From Promethearchaeota archaeon (GTDB taxonomy: Archaea; Asgardarchaeota; Lokiarchaeia; Sigyniarchaeales; SOKP01), in NCBI GenBank assembly GCA_016840085.1, contig JAEOTA010000018.1, positions 64,001-128,000 of the forward strand: 64,000 bases of DNA, read 5' to 3'. The notes beneath the pieces were generated by a model, which was not told the DNA's origin, made no database searches, and worked only from the letters and a program-made list of their open reading frames with translations. Below are positions 19,476 to 29,260 of the stretch, piece by piece; position 1 is the first letter of the stretch, and each line of letters opens with the position of its first letter. Made by a program: the position numbers and the translations under genes.

Positions 19476-19787
19476 TTATTCTTTATTTACAGAAATAGGA
19501 TTTAATCTTAAATGATCTTTCCCAATTATTAAGGTTTTTTTTGATCTCCCCAATTTAAGTTCCACCAAATAACAACGCCCTCTTTGACCTATAACTGTCC
19601 CTGTGCGACCATGATATCTGGAATGAGGCATTCCACGCACATGAACAGAGGGATCGGTAATTATATCTACTTTATCATTGATTTTGTAATCTATCAGATA
19701 TTTTTCAACTGAACCTAACCCTCTTTTGCGAACATTTTTCCTGTGCTTGTGTCTAGTCTTTTTTCTATACCCTTTATGGAGAGTAAT
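19476..19787 (-). CDS. rpl21e: Ribosomal protein eL21 (L21e), ATT start (not in ORF track)
   Basis: Manual translation (M)TLHKGYRKKTRHKHRKNVRKRGL...DKVDIITDPSVHVRGMPHSRYHGRTGTVIGQRGRCYLV...KTLIIGKDHL; lies between pus10 and rpo4. Confidence 0.92.
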   Translation of the reverse strand: MTLHKGYRKKTRHKHRKNVRKRGLGSVEKYLIDYKINDKVDIITDPSVHVRGMPHSRYHGRTGTVIGQRGRCYLVELKLGRSKKTLIIGKDHLRLNPISVNKE

Positions 19788-19879
19788 AATAATACACCAA
19801 ATATTTAGTTTAATAGAAGTATGAATAATAGTTTATTTATTTTTTGATTTTATATCTATGTAAATATCAAAAACAGAAC

Positions 19880-21244
19880 TTAAAGAAGGATTTTTAATAC
19901 ATCTAATTCTTTACATAATAAATCTGTTTTAAAGATTTCAGAAAATGATGGAGAAGTGCGTCCTTCATCACCATTAATGAGTTCTTTTATATAAGTGCCC
20001 CCTTGAGTTTCGATTGTAAATTCAAATAAATTCGACTTAAGATACTTTCCTTCAATTTTAAAAACAAATTTTTCTCTAATTCTATCACTACGACGATGAG
20101 ATACGCGATAAGGTGTTCTTTGTTTGATTTCTTGATTTTCAAATATTCGTTTCAGTTCATTTACTTTTTCTTCAAAAATCTCCTTAGATATCTTATCTTG
20201 AGTACTTACTAATGCTCTATAAATCTTTCTTATATTCTTTGATTCTGCTTTAAGTAAGATTACTTCTTTTTTATTGGTATATCTTAAATCATGAATTTTT
20301 ATTTTTTTTTTACTCTTTTTATTAATTTTTTTTTCACTTTTAACTAAATCAAGATTTCTGATTTTAGGATTTCTTAATTCTAAAATAAAAGGCCTCCCTG
20401 TACCCAACATTCTAACATCTATATCTTCTCTTCCAGCACCATGAAATTTAGAACTCGATGCTTTTGATTCTTTAAGGAATTCTGGACTAATTAACTCTTC
20501 CACACTCGTTAAATATTGTTTCCCCGTAAAATTACATAATTTACATCCGTTTCCCATACAATTTTTACAAAACCAATGAGTTTGGGGTATTCCTCGAATA
20601 AGTTTATTATATTTTCCAAATATGAAAAGAGATTTTAGTTTTAATTCTATATCAAATGAATCGAAACTCAGAGAAAAAATAATTAATATATCTGGATTGT
20701 TAAATTCAGGAGGCTTTTCAATTGAAATCATCAATTCCTTTCCTAAAACACGATTAAAATGACTCTTAAAAGATTCAGCTTCTAAAATATTGAATTCTGT
20801 TTTAAAATTATCTGCTTGATTTACTATTTGAGCTAGGGGTCTTGTACCAACCAAAAAGGTTTCAAATTCAATTTCTTTAAGCTTTTGTTTTGTTTTTTCA
20901 ATAAACTCATCAATATGTGAAAAAATATTATGACATAAATAACAAATAGGATTTAAATCATTCTTTTCATATTCAAATCCTTCGTTTTGTAACACTTTTT
21001 GAGCAGGTAAAAAATTCGCATTCTCAGCTAATAATTTCAAACTTTCCAATGCTTTTTCTTGTTCTGTTTCGTTATTAGATAAAAATTTTCTATGATTTTC
21101 CATAGTTAATGAGAGTAATAATGAACTACCTCTTTCTTGGTTCGTGGTATGAGACCCTAGAAGAGAAAACTGTCGACCTAAACACGCAGGACATATGAAG
21201 TATTTTTGGTAGATCTTTAAAACTTTGTCAAAAATCATGTTCAC
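19880..21244 (-). CDS. pus10: tRNA pseudouridine(54/55) synthase Pus10
   Basis: CPACLGRQF, GKYNKLIRGIPQTHW, FHGAGREDIDVRMLG.GRPF, QRTPYRVSHRR, GGTYIKELI.GD.GRT.PS. Confidence 0.95.
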   Translation of the reverse strand: MNMIFDKVLKIYQKYFICPACLGRQFSLLGSHTTNQERGSSLLLSLTMENHRKFLSNNETEQEKALESLKLLAENANFLPAQKVLQNEGFEYEKNDLNPICYLCHNIFSHIDEFIEKTKQKLKEIEFETFLVGTRPLAQIVNQADNFKTEFNILEAESFKSHFNRVLGKELMISIEKPPEFNNPDILIIFSLSFDSFDIELKLKSLFIFGKYNKLIRGIPQTHWFCKNCMGNGCKLCNFTGKQYLTSVEELISPEFLKESKASSSKFHGAGREDIDVRMLGTGRPFILELRNPKIRNLDLVKSEKKINKKSKKKIKIHDLRYTNKKEVILLKAESKNIRKIYRALVSTQDKISKEIFEEKVNELKRIFENQEIKQRTPYRVSHRRSDRIREKFVFKIEGKYLKSNLFEFTIETQGGTYIKELINGDEGRTSPSFSEIFKTDLLCKELDVLKILL

Positions 21245-21429
21245 ATAAAATAAATTGTTTATTCTTTATTGATTTTATTTAATTTTAAGAGAAAATGTGT
21301 TTTAAAAAAATTTTAAAAGAAAAATTTATTTTCCTATATAATTTTAATTTACAATACCTATAGGAAATAAAACAATACTATTTACGCTAATTTTATATTA
21401 TTTTAATAATCAATATTGGAGAATATTAA

Positions 21430-21663
21430 ATGTCTAAAAGGATGAGAGGGATTGTTAAGTGGTTTGCCGCAAAGAAGGGCTATGGGTTCATAACTGTTGA
21501 GGGTCAAGAAGATATTTTTGTACATTTTTCTAATATCGATATGGACAGTTTTAAAAAACTTGATATGGGGGATGAAGTAGAATTTGAAATCAAGGATTCT
21601 AAAGAAGGAAAAGGACCTGAGGCATTAAACGTTAAAATAGTATCAAAAGATAGGAGATATTAA
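21430..21663 (+). CDS. Cold-shock domain protein
   Basis: GIVKWF...KGYGFI (RNP1), DIFVHFSNI (RNP2), KGPEALNV. Confidence 0.93.
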   Translation: MSKRMRGIVKWFAAKKGYGFITVEGQEDIFVHFSNIDMDSFKKLDMGDEVEFEIKDSKEGKGPEALNVKIVSKDRRY

Positions 21664-21770
21664 ATTTTCCTGTAAATTATCAAGTAAGTCAATTTCACTC
21701 TTTTTATTTTATAAGGCCTAAGCTATAAAGAGATAAAAATTAAAAAAAAAAAAAAAGAAATTAGTTTTGT

Positions 21771-23153
21771 TTATTCAATTTTTCGTTCTTTTTTCTCCCA
21801 ATCAAAATCCAATTTAACATATTTTTTTGTATAGAGGTAAGATACAAGTAAAATGATAGAGACGATAGGGCCAAATATGGCTAAACCTATTGAATATTCT
21901 GCGTCCACAGCTCCTGTGGGATTAACAAGTGGTAATGACAAAATAGAACCGATGAAAAATGCGCCTGCAGCTTGAAAGAGATTAAGTATAATTGAAGGAA
22001 ATCCTGCATATATTCCTGCTTTTAATTCTCCTGTAGTTTTTTCATCATCTTCTGCTACATCAGCATATACAATATAAGGGAATAAGAACCACCCTCCTAG
22101 AATTGCACCTATACCAATAATAAAAATTATACCCAACACTAAATATGATTCCATTGGGATTAATCCTAACAAAGAGATTGGCATAAAAACTACTGCTGCA
22201 ATAAAAACATATAATAGAGTCTGTTTCTTTCCCCTTTTTTGTATTAATCTTCTCCATAAATATAGAAATATGAAAATGGATAGAAGAAGAGCTACAGCGG
22301 CAATAATGTAATCCATAGTACCCATACTTAAGGCATCTTGAAGATATTTTAACATAGTTGTAGCTACCATAGACCAACCTAAACCCGATATACCAACCAT
22401 AAGAACAATCAACATAAAATTCTTGTTTTTTACAATGATCTTCAAATTTTCAATTAAGTTTGATTTGATTTCATAGTAGGGTTCAGTTGGCATCTTAAAA
22501 GCAATGATATAAAATAAGACAATCGTTAAAATACCAAATCCAAAGATAGAAATACTTATACTTGATGGAATTGGAATGTTTAGATCTACTGCTCCGTCTA
22601 AAGCATCAATATAACTTGTAAGAACAATCATTGAGAAAAGAGCCATTATCCCATTTCCAAGATAATTAAAAGTATTTTGAAATTGAGAGACTTTTGGGCG
22701 TTCTTCTACAGGGAATTCTTCTGCCATCCAAGCTTGATAAGGTGTTGTGACTGCATAACTAGCTCTAAAAATTATCTCCCATATTAGCATCCATATAAAT
22801 AGTGTTCCTGTATCGTTTAAATCAAGTACTAATCCGGGTAAGATTAAGAAAATAATTGAAATTCCTAATAGAGGGGCAAAAACTATTATATATGGTTTTC
22901 GTCTACCCCATTTCGTATATTTAGCATCACTAATCCATCCTAATAAAAACTGTGAGAGAGCAATAGTTAAATAACCCATGGCAATGGCAAATCCGGCGAG
23001 AAAAGGGTGTAATCCATAGCCACTTGTATAGAGTGTAAGTAGTGCCCATCCTTCTATCCCCAATACTATAGAAGTGCCTATTCTTGGAGATCCAAAGAGT
23101 ACTTTCCTACCACGGCTTGTTTCTTCCCTCCTAATTTCTTCTGATTCACTCAT
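21771..23153 (-). CDS. MFS/GPH (MelB-like) transporter
   Basis: GWISD...TKWGRRKPY, about 12 TM helices, ADVAEDDE..TG...AG.Y. Confidence 0.88.
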   Translation of the reverse strand: MSESEEIRREETSRGRKVLFGSPRIGTSIVLGIEGWALLTLYTSGYGLHPFLAGFAIAMGYLTIALSQFLLGWISDAKYTKWGRRKPYIIVFAPLLGISIIFLILPGLVLDLNDTGTLFIWMLIWEIIFRASYAVTTPYQAWMAEEFPVEERPKVSQFQNTFNYLGNGIMALFSMIVLTSYIDALDGAVDLNIPIPSSISISIFGFGILTIVLFYIIAFKMPTEPYYEIKSNLIENLKIIVKNKNFMLIVLMVGISGLGWSMVATTMLKYLQDALSMGTMDYIIAAVALLLSIFIFLYLWRRLIQKRGKKQTLLYVFIAAVVFMPISLLGLIPMESYLVLGIIFIIGIGAILGGWFLFPYIVYADVAEDDEKTTGELKAGIYAGFPSIILNLFQAAGAFFIGSILSLPLVNPTGAVDAEYSIGLAIFGPIVSIILLVSYLYTKKYVKLDFDWEKKERKIE

Positions 23154-23325
23154 TTCATTTCACGATTATTTTAATTTTTAGAATTTTTAAGTATAATTTT
23201 GATTATGTATAGATTAGAGAAAACCTTATTTAAAAGTTTTTAACGATATAAAGATGAATATATAAAATCTACTTAAAAACAATACATAGAATGAATTTTG
23301 AAATTATCTTTGCTAATATTAAATT

Positions 23326-24321
23326 TTAATCTTCTTCTTCATCCCATCCAAGGTCTTTTAATACAGAGCCCAATGCCTCCGATTCTTCTTCTAATACAAA
23401 TTCAGTATCATATTCAGAAGCTGAAAATTCTGTATCAAAATCTGGAGGTGACAATTCATCCAATGAGGGGAGGGGAGTTCCTGAAGGAGTTAATTCCTCA
23501 GTAGGAGTAGGTAGTTCTTCAGTAGGTGTAGGTTGTTCAGAAACCGGTTCTTCTTCGATTTCCATAGGTGTGTAATCTTCGAGGGGGATTGGGGGCACTT
23601 CATCATCATACACCTTAAATTCGAGATGTGTTTCATCAACGGAACTTTCAGAAATTTGTGGAATAGCAGGTACCGCTGCTGCTTTTACTTCTTTATCAAT
23701 TCCAAGTCCAATAGACTTTGGAATTGAGACAATGCCACTTTCAGTCGAAGCTTCAAGTTCTTCAAATTCAACACCTTCTTTTTCCCAATCGTCTAAAAAG
23801 CCTAATAAATCATCTAAAGCAGCTTTATCTTGTTCAACTGAGGGTTTTATTATAGCTTTAGCTTCTTCCATTTCTTTTTGCTCTTGAATTTTTTCTAGCT
23901 CTCTTGTTTCTAATGAAAGCATCATTTCAGTTTCTTTATCTCCAGAAAGAAGTCTGTTTAACTTTCTAGCTAATTCTCTCAAATATCCTAAATAATAACC
24001 AATTCGATAAATAGCTCTTAATCCTCCAAAAACTATGAAATCATCATTTATAGCCATTAAAATACTATATCCAGAAGTATTATGTAAAATAATTTCTGTT
24101 AGAGCTCCATGGTCAGTGGCTTGATTTAATCTTAACCCTAAGTCAATTAAAGCTGTGCTAGAGGCGGAAGTTGCATCAGCATCTTCTTCTGAAGTGACAG
24201 CACTAACTATTTTAGTTCCTATTCTTGATAAAACAGCTAAATTCTCCAAATCTGTTTTATCTTCTTCTTCTTTTAAGGTATACATCATTTTCTGTCGTAT
24301 GTCACCAGGAATTGTCGACAT
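23326..24321 (-). CDS. Roadblock/LC7-like domain protein with long acidic disordered tail
   Basis: N-terminal ~125 aa with a roadblock pattern (AVLSRIG..IVS, SA...L..LG, G.L.EIIL....G); E/D/P-rich C-terminus. Confidence 0.7.
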   Translation of the reverse strand: MSTIPGDIRQKMMYTLKEEEDKTDLENLAVLSRIGTKIVSAVTSEEDADATSASSTALIDLGLRLNQATDHGALTEIILHNTSGYSILMAINDDFIVFGGLRAIYRIGYYLGYLRELARKLNRLLSGDKETEMMLSLETRELEKIQEQKEMEEAKAIIKPSVEQDKAALDDLLGFLDDWEKEGVEFEELEASTESGIVSIPKSIGLGIDKEVKAAAVPAIPQISESSVDETHLEFKVYDDEVPPIPLEDYTPMEIEEEPVSEQPTPTEELPTPTEELTPSGTPLPSLDELSPPDFDTEFSASEYDTEFVLEEESEALGSVLKDLGWDEEED

Positions 24322-24419
24322 TTTTAATACCTCAATAATGTATAATAAAATTGAACAAGATTCTTTGTAAAGATTTATGTATTAATAGAATGTCTGTTTT
24401 AATATATTTTATCATTATC

Positions 24420-25136
24420 TTATTTTAGGAACTTTTTTAAGTTCATTTGAGTAGTAGAAGGCTGTTTTATTTTTTCAAAAGTATATCCAGATAAATCAGT
24501 AAGAATTTTCTTAATTTTATTAATAATTTCTTCTAAAGCTAACTCATTTGTGTCAATTGTAAACACATTTTTTCGAGTTGAAAAATATTGTTCATAGAAA
24601 GAGAGAATTTTCAATAAATATTTTTTATCATCTTCATTCCATTCTCTTCTAATTCGCTCTAATGAGCCTCTTTGAATTATCCGTTTCAATATAGTATCAG
24701 GTTCTGCAGTTAAAAATATAGTATAATCTTCTTTCCATATAATAGAATTATAAGTATCTAAAATGAGATTAAAATCTTTCTCCTTCAAATTCAAGCTTTT
24801 TGAATATATAAGCACACATATAGGAGTTCTATCCAAGATAATGATTCTTCCATTATATCTATTATCAAAATTCATAATATTTTGATTTCTTTTAATAAAT
24901 TGTTGAAGGAAATGAAGTTCACTCCTAAAACTAATCTGTTTATTAGATGATCCAAAAGGAAAAGGAGGTTTTTTCACATATCTTTCAGGAAAAAATTTAA
25001 ATTTATTATTATCTTTAATCATCTTGGAATTTCTAATAAGATTGAATACAGTTGTTTTTCCTACTCCATGCGCACCGGCAAGGGAAATAACAATATTGTC
25101 CTTACTTCCCTTATTTCTATAAAAGGTTTTACTCAA
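24420..25136 (-). CDS. Deoxynucleoside/thymidylate kinase-like P-loop protein with C-terminal PIP-box
   Basis: ISLAGAHGVGKTT, ILDRT, RI.QRG; ends QMNLKKFLK. Confidence 0.8.
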   Translation of the reverse strand: MSKTFYRNKGSKDNIVISLAGAHGVGKTTVFNLIRNSKMIKDNNKFKFFPERYVKKPPFPFGSSNKQISFRSELHFLQQFIKRNQNIMNFDNRYNGRIIILDRTPICVLIYSKSLNLKEKDFNLILDTYNSIIWKEDYTIFLTAEPDTILKRIIQRGSLERIRREWNEDDKKYLLKILSFYEQYFSTRKNVFTIDTNELALEEIINKIKKILTDLSGYTFEKIKQPSTTQMNLKKFLK

Positions 25137-25266
25137 TCCTATATACTCCTAATCGATGAAGCTTTATCGTGTAAAACAAATAATAGTATTTAATATTAAT
25201 TCTAGAGAGATTATTGATTTTCTTATTATTAAAATTTTATATTTAAGGTATAATGAAAAGTTAAAA

Positions 25267-26337
25267 TTAAAGATAAATAAATAAAATTAAAAGAATATTA
25301 TATGAAATATTTGCTATGATAGTGCTAATAATGTTTCTATTCGTTAATTCAAAGATTGCTCCTAATACTATAAATGCTAAGAAATTCAGCAGGAAAAAAC
25401 TCGGATAATAAAATAATAACATTAACGCAGAATAAGCTAACGCTACTATAAGAATCACATATGGGTCTTTATTAAACTTTTGTTTCAATGCATTATGCAA
25501 TACCCCTCTAAATACGATTTCAGAAGAAGCTGCTCCAATACAGAGTAAAACTACTAGTAGGATTACCCAAATTAAATCAGCATCTCTAATAACTTGATTC
25601 TGTTCAGCTATATTTGTTTCAATATCAAAAAGATCTAACCCTATATCAGAGAAAAAAGTAATTATAGAATTAGAAAAGAAATTAACTAATACTAAAAGAG
25701 CTGCTCCTAATATTCCAAATATGACAGAGAGTAAGATTTTTTTTGAAGCGAAATCAAATCCTATTTTTTTAAAACTATGTTTTTTAGAATAGATATACCA
25801 AATTGGATATATAGCAAATAATAATTCGGGAAGTTGACTTAATAGGAACATGTGAATAGTTAATTCTACTGAAGTTGAACCACCTTGAAATGTTAGAATA
25901 GTAAAAAGTAAGAAAAAAACAATTACGTAGACATAGACACTCGTTACAGAAACATTTATGCCTTCTCTCAAATTCCATGTGTCCTTTTTTAATATAAATT
26001 TAGTTTCAAGTTCAAGTTTTTTATTTGTAAATATTAATCCAGGCTTTTTTTGAATTGCTATTTTCTTTGCTTCAGAAATCTTTTCTAATACCGTATTACA
26101 TATTGGACACTGGTCTAAAATCGTAGATGTAATAATAGATCCGCAACCAGGACATTTTCGTGAGATTGTCATCTTTTCCGGGGCGATGACTCTGGGTTTT
26201 GTCTCTAATTGAGTCGATTCTTTACTCGGTTGTAATTTAATAATTAATTTACCGCAATTAGGACAGTAGATCTCATCCTTAGGAACATTCGCTCCGCAAT
26301 ATACACAATACTTAATTTTTCCTTCGTTATTTGACAT
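25267..26337 (-). CDS. Double zinc-ribbon + CPBP-fold membrane protein with degenerate active site
   Basis: CVYCG/CPNCG and CPGCG/CPICN; SEIVFRG; both catalytic His missing. Confidence 0.78.
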   Translation of the reverse strand: MSNNEGKIKYCVYCGANVPKDEIYCPNCGKLIIKLQPSKESTQLETKPRVIAPEKMTISRKCPGCGSIITSTILDQCPICNTVLEKISEAKKIAIQKKPGLIFTNKKLELETKFILKKDTWNLREGINVSVTSVYVYVIVFFLLFTILTFQGGSTSVELTIHMFLLSQLPELLFAIYPIWYIYSKKHSFKKIGFDFASKKILLSVIFGILGAALLVLVNFFSNSIITFFSDIGLDLFDIETNIAEQNQVIRDADLIWVILLVVLLCIGAASSEIVFRGVLHNALKQKFNKDPYVILIVALAYSALMLLFYYPSFFLLNFLAFIVLGAIFELTNRNIISTIIANISYNILLILFIYL

Positions 26338-26500
26338 TTTTTAACAATTATATTAAAAACACTATTACGCCAGAAATTAGTAAAAGGCTTTTTAATTTTA
26401 TAATTTTGTTTAATATATTAACAAGGGATTAAATAATTTTTGTTTATATTTTTATTAGTAATCAATAACCAAGTTTAATTAGATTTTCTTTGAACCGTAA

Positions 26501-26583
26501 GGAAAGAGTATGAAGAGCATTTCATTTCGAAAAACCTGACTGTGTTCCAATGTCTTGTATGAGATTGAGTACTGATTTTTTCC
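26501..26583 (+). ncRNA. Possible box C/D sRNA
   Basis: ATGAAGA (C-like, 26510), CTGA (26536), CTGA (26572), terminal stem GGAAAG/TTTTCC; C' box poor. Confidence 0.25.
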
Positions 26584-26716
26584 CTATTACACAATTTCCA
26601 CTCCAGAAATGGCAACCTAAAATTTTTCCACCTCATATTCCTGTAAATTCAATTGGAAAACTACTATATAGTGGAATAACGTTCTTAATATTTGAATTTC
26701 AAAAAGTAAATATTAG

Positions 26717-27994
26717 TCACGTATTTTTATTCAGATTAAAGTTTTTTAAATTTTTTTTTGTAATGTTGTATAATTCCATAAGTAAAAGCCCATGATAATA
26801 AGAGATTGAATCAAAATATCCTTCTCCTAAATCTGATTTGCCAGCATGAACTAAAGCCATTTGAGCATTAAGTGCTGCTCTCATTAGTAATTCCACTCCC
26901 TTATAAATCAAATTGGGACTCCATATGCCACTTTGTGGATTCGACCACCAAACTGGGCAAGAATAAATACCTTGATCATAAAAATACCTAGCTGTGTTAT
27001 AATAATTTTCTACTTCCCAATCTAAGGTTAAATCTATCTTATCTGCTAAGTTCATCAAATTATTAAGACTTTTCATAAGTTTCCAATAATATTTATGAAC
27101 ATTATTATCTGGATGTTTCCATAATGGATAAGGAATCCCTGCCTGAATATCTTCATAGGTAGTACTCCAACTTGATTCCCGGGGTATGATTTTTTTATCA
27201 CTTATTGGAAAATGTTGATCAAGCTCTGAAATAAATAGCATGTTAATTTTTTCTTCCTCATAAATAAGATCTAACACTTTCTTTAGAAAGGTTTTTTCAT
27301 AATTTTTAATATGATGTCCGAAAGTTTCTGCGTCCATTCCAGTAATTACATATCTATCAATTTGTGTGGTTGATTTACTCTTTTCTTTTTTTTCTGGCTG
27401 GAAAATTTCTTTAATTGTTTTTACAAATTCTTTGGGTTTTATACTCTTAAAAGCGATCTTATTACTGAGAATATCGTCTCTAAAGAAAAGCTGTAATCCA
27501 TTAGGGGAGCAATAGATTTGATCATAAGGCCAATCGACTGGACAAGCGATACCGCTCATTATGACCCATTTGTATCCTAACTTCCGAATATATTTAGCAA
27601 CGCCTCCAGAGATTGCCATTTCTGGTGGAAAAAAGCCTTTTCTCTCCCAACGACCAAATTCTCTTCTGTTTATCTCTTCATTCATCTGAATTTGATGCTG
27701 AGTTTCTTTTTCAGGAATTAAAGGGAGGATTGGATGATATTTTGCTGTTCCCATTATTTCGATCTTACTTTCAGACACTAAATTCTTCAGTAATTCCATA
27801 GTATCTGATAATCCAAATTTATAAAACAATTCAATTAGAACTCCGTTAATATTTACACAAAATTTAGCATTCTCGTATTCCTCAAGTAGAGAAAATAAAG
27901 GTTTGTAGCATTCATTATCGATTCTTCTTAAAATTGTAAAATCCTGAGTGGGGGGTTGGTAGATGTGGAGACAGAAGCAAAGATAAGTTGTCAT
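26717..27994 (-). CDS. Glycoside hydrolase family 57 protein
   Basis: HIYQPP, YHPILPLIP, GFFPPEMA, RDDILSN, MDAETFGHH, SSW. Confidence 0.9.
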   Translation of the reverse strand: MTTYLCFCLHIYQPPTQDFTILRRIDNECYKPLFSLLEEYENAKFCVNINGVLIELFYKFGLSDTMELLKNLVSESKIEIMGTAKYHPILPLIPEKETQHQIQMNEEINRREFGRWERKGFFPPEMAISGGVAKYIRKLGYKWVIMSGIACPVDWPYDQIYCSPNGLQLFFRDDILSNKIAFKSIKPKEFVKTIKEIFQPEKKEKSKSTTQIDRYVITGMDAETFGHHIKNYEKTFLKKVLDLIYEEEKINMLFISELDQHFPISDKKIIPRESSWSTTYEDIQAGIPYPLWKHPDNNVHKYYWKLMKSLNNLMNLADKIDLTLDWEVENYYNTARYFYDQGIYSCPVWWSNPQSGIWSPNLIYKGVELLMRAALNAQMALVHAGKSDLGEGYFDSISYYHGLLLMELYNITKKNLKNFNLNKNT

Positions 27995-28117
27995 ATAACT
28001 TAATAACCTAGCTTAGAAATATATCTTTTTAATTATCAATAATATTAAATTAAAATTAGAATTATTCTAATAATATTTTTTCGTAAAATCTTACAGTTTT
28101 AATTTTAGTGATAAATA

Positions 28118-29236
28118 ATGAGTGAAATAAAATTTGGTCATCAATTATATTATCTTCATTCTTATGATTTTTTCCGAAAGAAAGTTTTAGCGGCAAGTAA
28201 AGAAAATTGGGATTCCCTTTGGCTTCCTGATCATCTAACTGGTATGGGTGGCACATTAATCGACGATTATTTAAGCCCTTGGGCACTATTTGGTGCAATG
28301 GCAGAATTAGTTAAAGGAAAAACTTTTGGAACCGCGGTTTCAGATCCTCATAGAATTCATCCCGCAGTCCTTGCACAGATATGTACCTCAATTAATCACC
28401 TCACAGACGGAAATTTTATTTTAGGGATTGGAGCAGGTGAAGCGATGAATTTAAAGGCTTATGGTATTCCGTCTGATCATGCACTTTCAAAAATGAGGGA
28501 ATCAATTAATTTTATGAAATTATTTTGGGAGAAAGGTAGAAATATTTCGTTTAAAGGACAACACTACAATGCAGAAAAAGCGATGCTAACCCCAAAACCC
28601 GTATCAGATATTCCTGTATGGATCGGAGCTAATAGTCCTAAAACATTAAATTTAACTGGAGAAATTGCGGATGGATGGATGCCTGTTGGAATTGATCACA
28701 TTACTTATAAACGAAAAAAGGAAAAAATTGTTACAGTATTGAAAAAAAAGGGAAGAGATTTGGATAAATTCTCATTCGGGTTGTTTCATTTTATTTTTAT
28801 AAATGATGATGAAAAAATAATCAACCAAAGAATACAAGGTAATAAATATGAATTATTGACGAATCCCCGAAGAATAAAGGAATTAGGATATTGGAAAGAT
28901 GAATATGAGGAATTATATCAAGATGTAACAGGATATAGAAGTGATGAAGTGAACATTTTAAAGATTGATCGAAATGATGTCGCGAGTTTTGATATTAGAA
29001 AATTAGATCCTATAATAAATGAAATTCCAGATGAGTTAATTCGTGAAAGTTTGATGATTGGAACAAAAGATCAAATTATTGAAAGAATTCGGAATTATGT
29101 AGATGCTGGTGCTGATCATTTTATATTTTCATCTCTTAATGGAGCTTCGAGTAAAAACGCACCATTTACTTACTGGGACGCTTCAAGAATAATAAGTGAA
29201 GAAATTATACCACTATTTAAAAATTCTAATGTCTAA
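28118..29236 (+). CDS. LLM-class flavin/F420-dependent oxidoreductase
   Basis: DSLWLPDH, RIHPAVLAQ, LGIGAGE, PVWIGA..PKTL...GEIADGWMP. Confidence 0.9.
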   Translation: MSEIKFGHQLYYLHSYDFFRKKVLAASKENWDSLWLPDHLTGMGGTLIDDYLSPWALFGAMAELVKGKTFGTAVSDPHRIHPAVLAQICTSINHLTDGNFILGIGAGEAMNLKAYGIPSDHALSKMRESINFMKLFWEKGRNISFKGQHYNAEKAMLTPKPVSDIPVWIGANSPKTLNLTGEIADGWMPVGIDHITYKRKKEKIVTVLKKKGRDLDKFSFGLFHFIFINDDEKIINQRIQGNKYELLTNPRRIKELGYWKDEYEELYQDVTGYRSDEVNILKIDRNDVASFDIRKLDPIINEIPDELIRESLMIGTKDQIIERIRNYVDAGADHFIFSSLNGASSKNAPFTYWDASRIISEEIIPLFKNSNV

Positions 29237-29260
29237 AAATCGTTAATTTTTTTACCTTAT

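Noticed and set aside
26717-26719. TGA stops of GH57 (26717), xpd (42457) and presenilin (57190) as Sec codons
   Set aside because: The proteins are already full length, the TGA is not at a Cys-equivalent position, another stop follows soon, and I saw no AUGA/GA hairpin.
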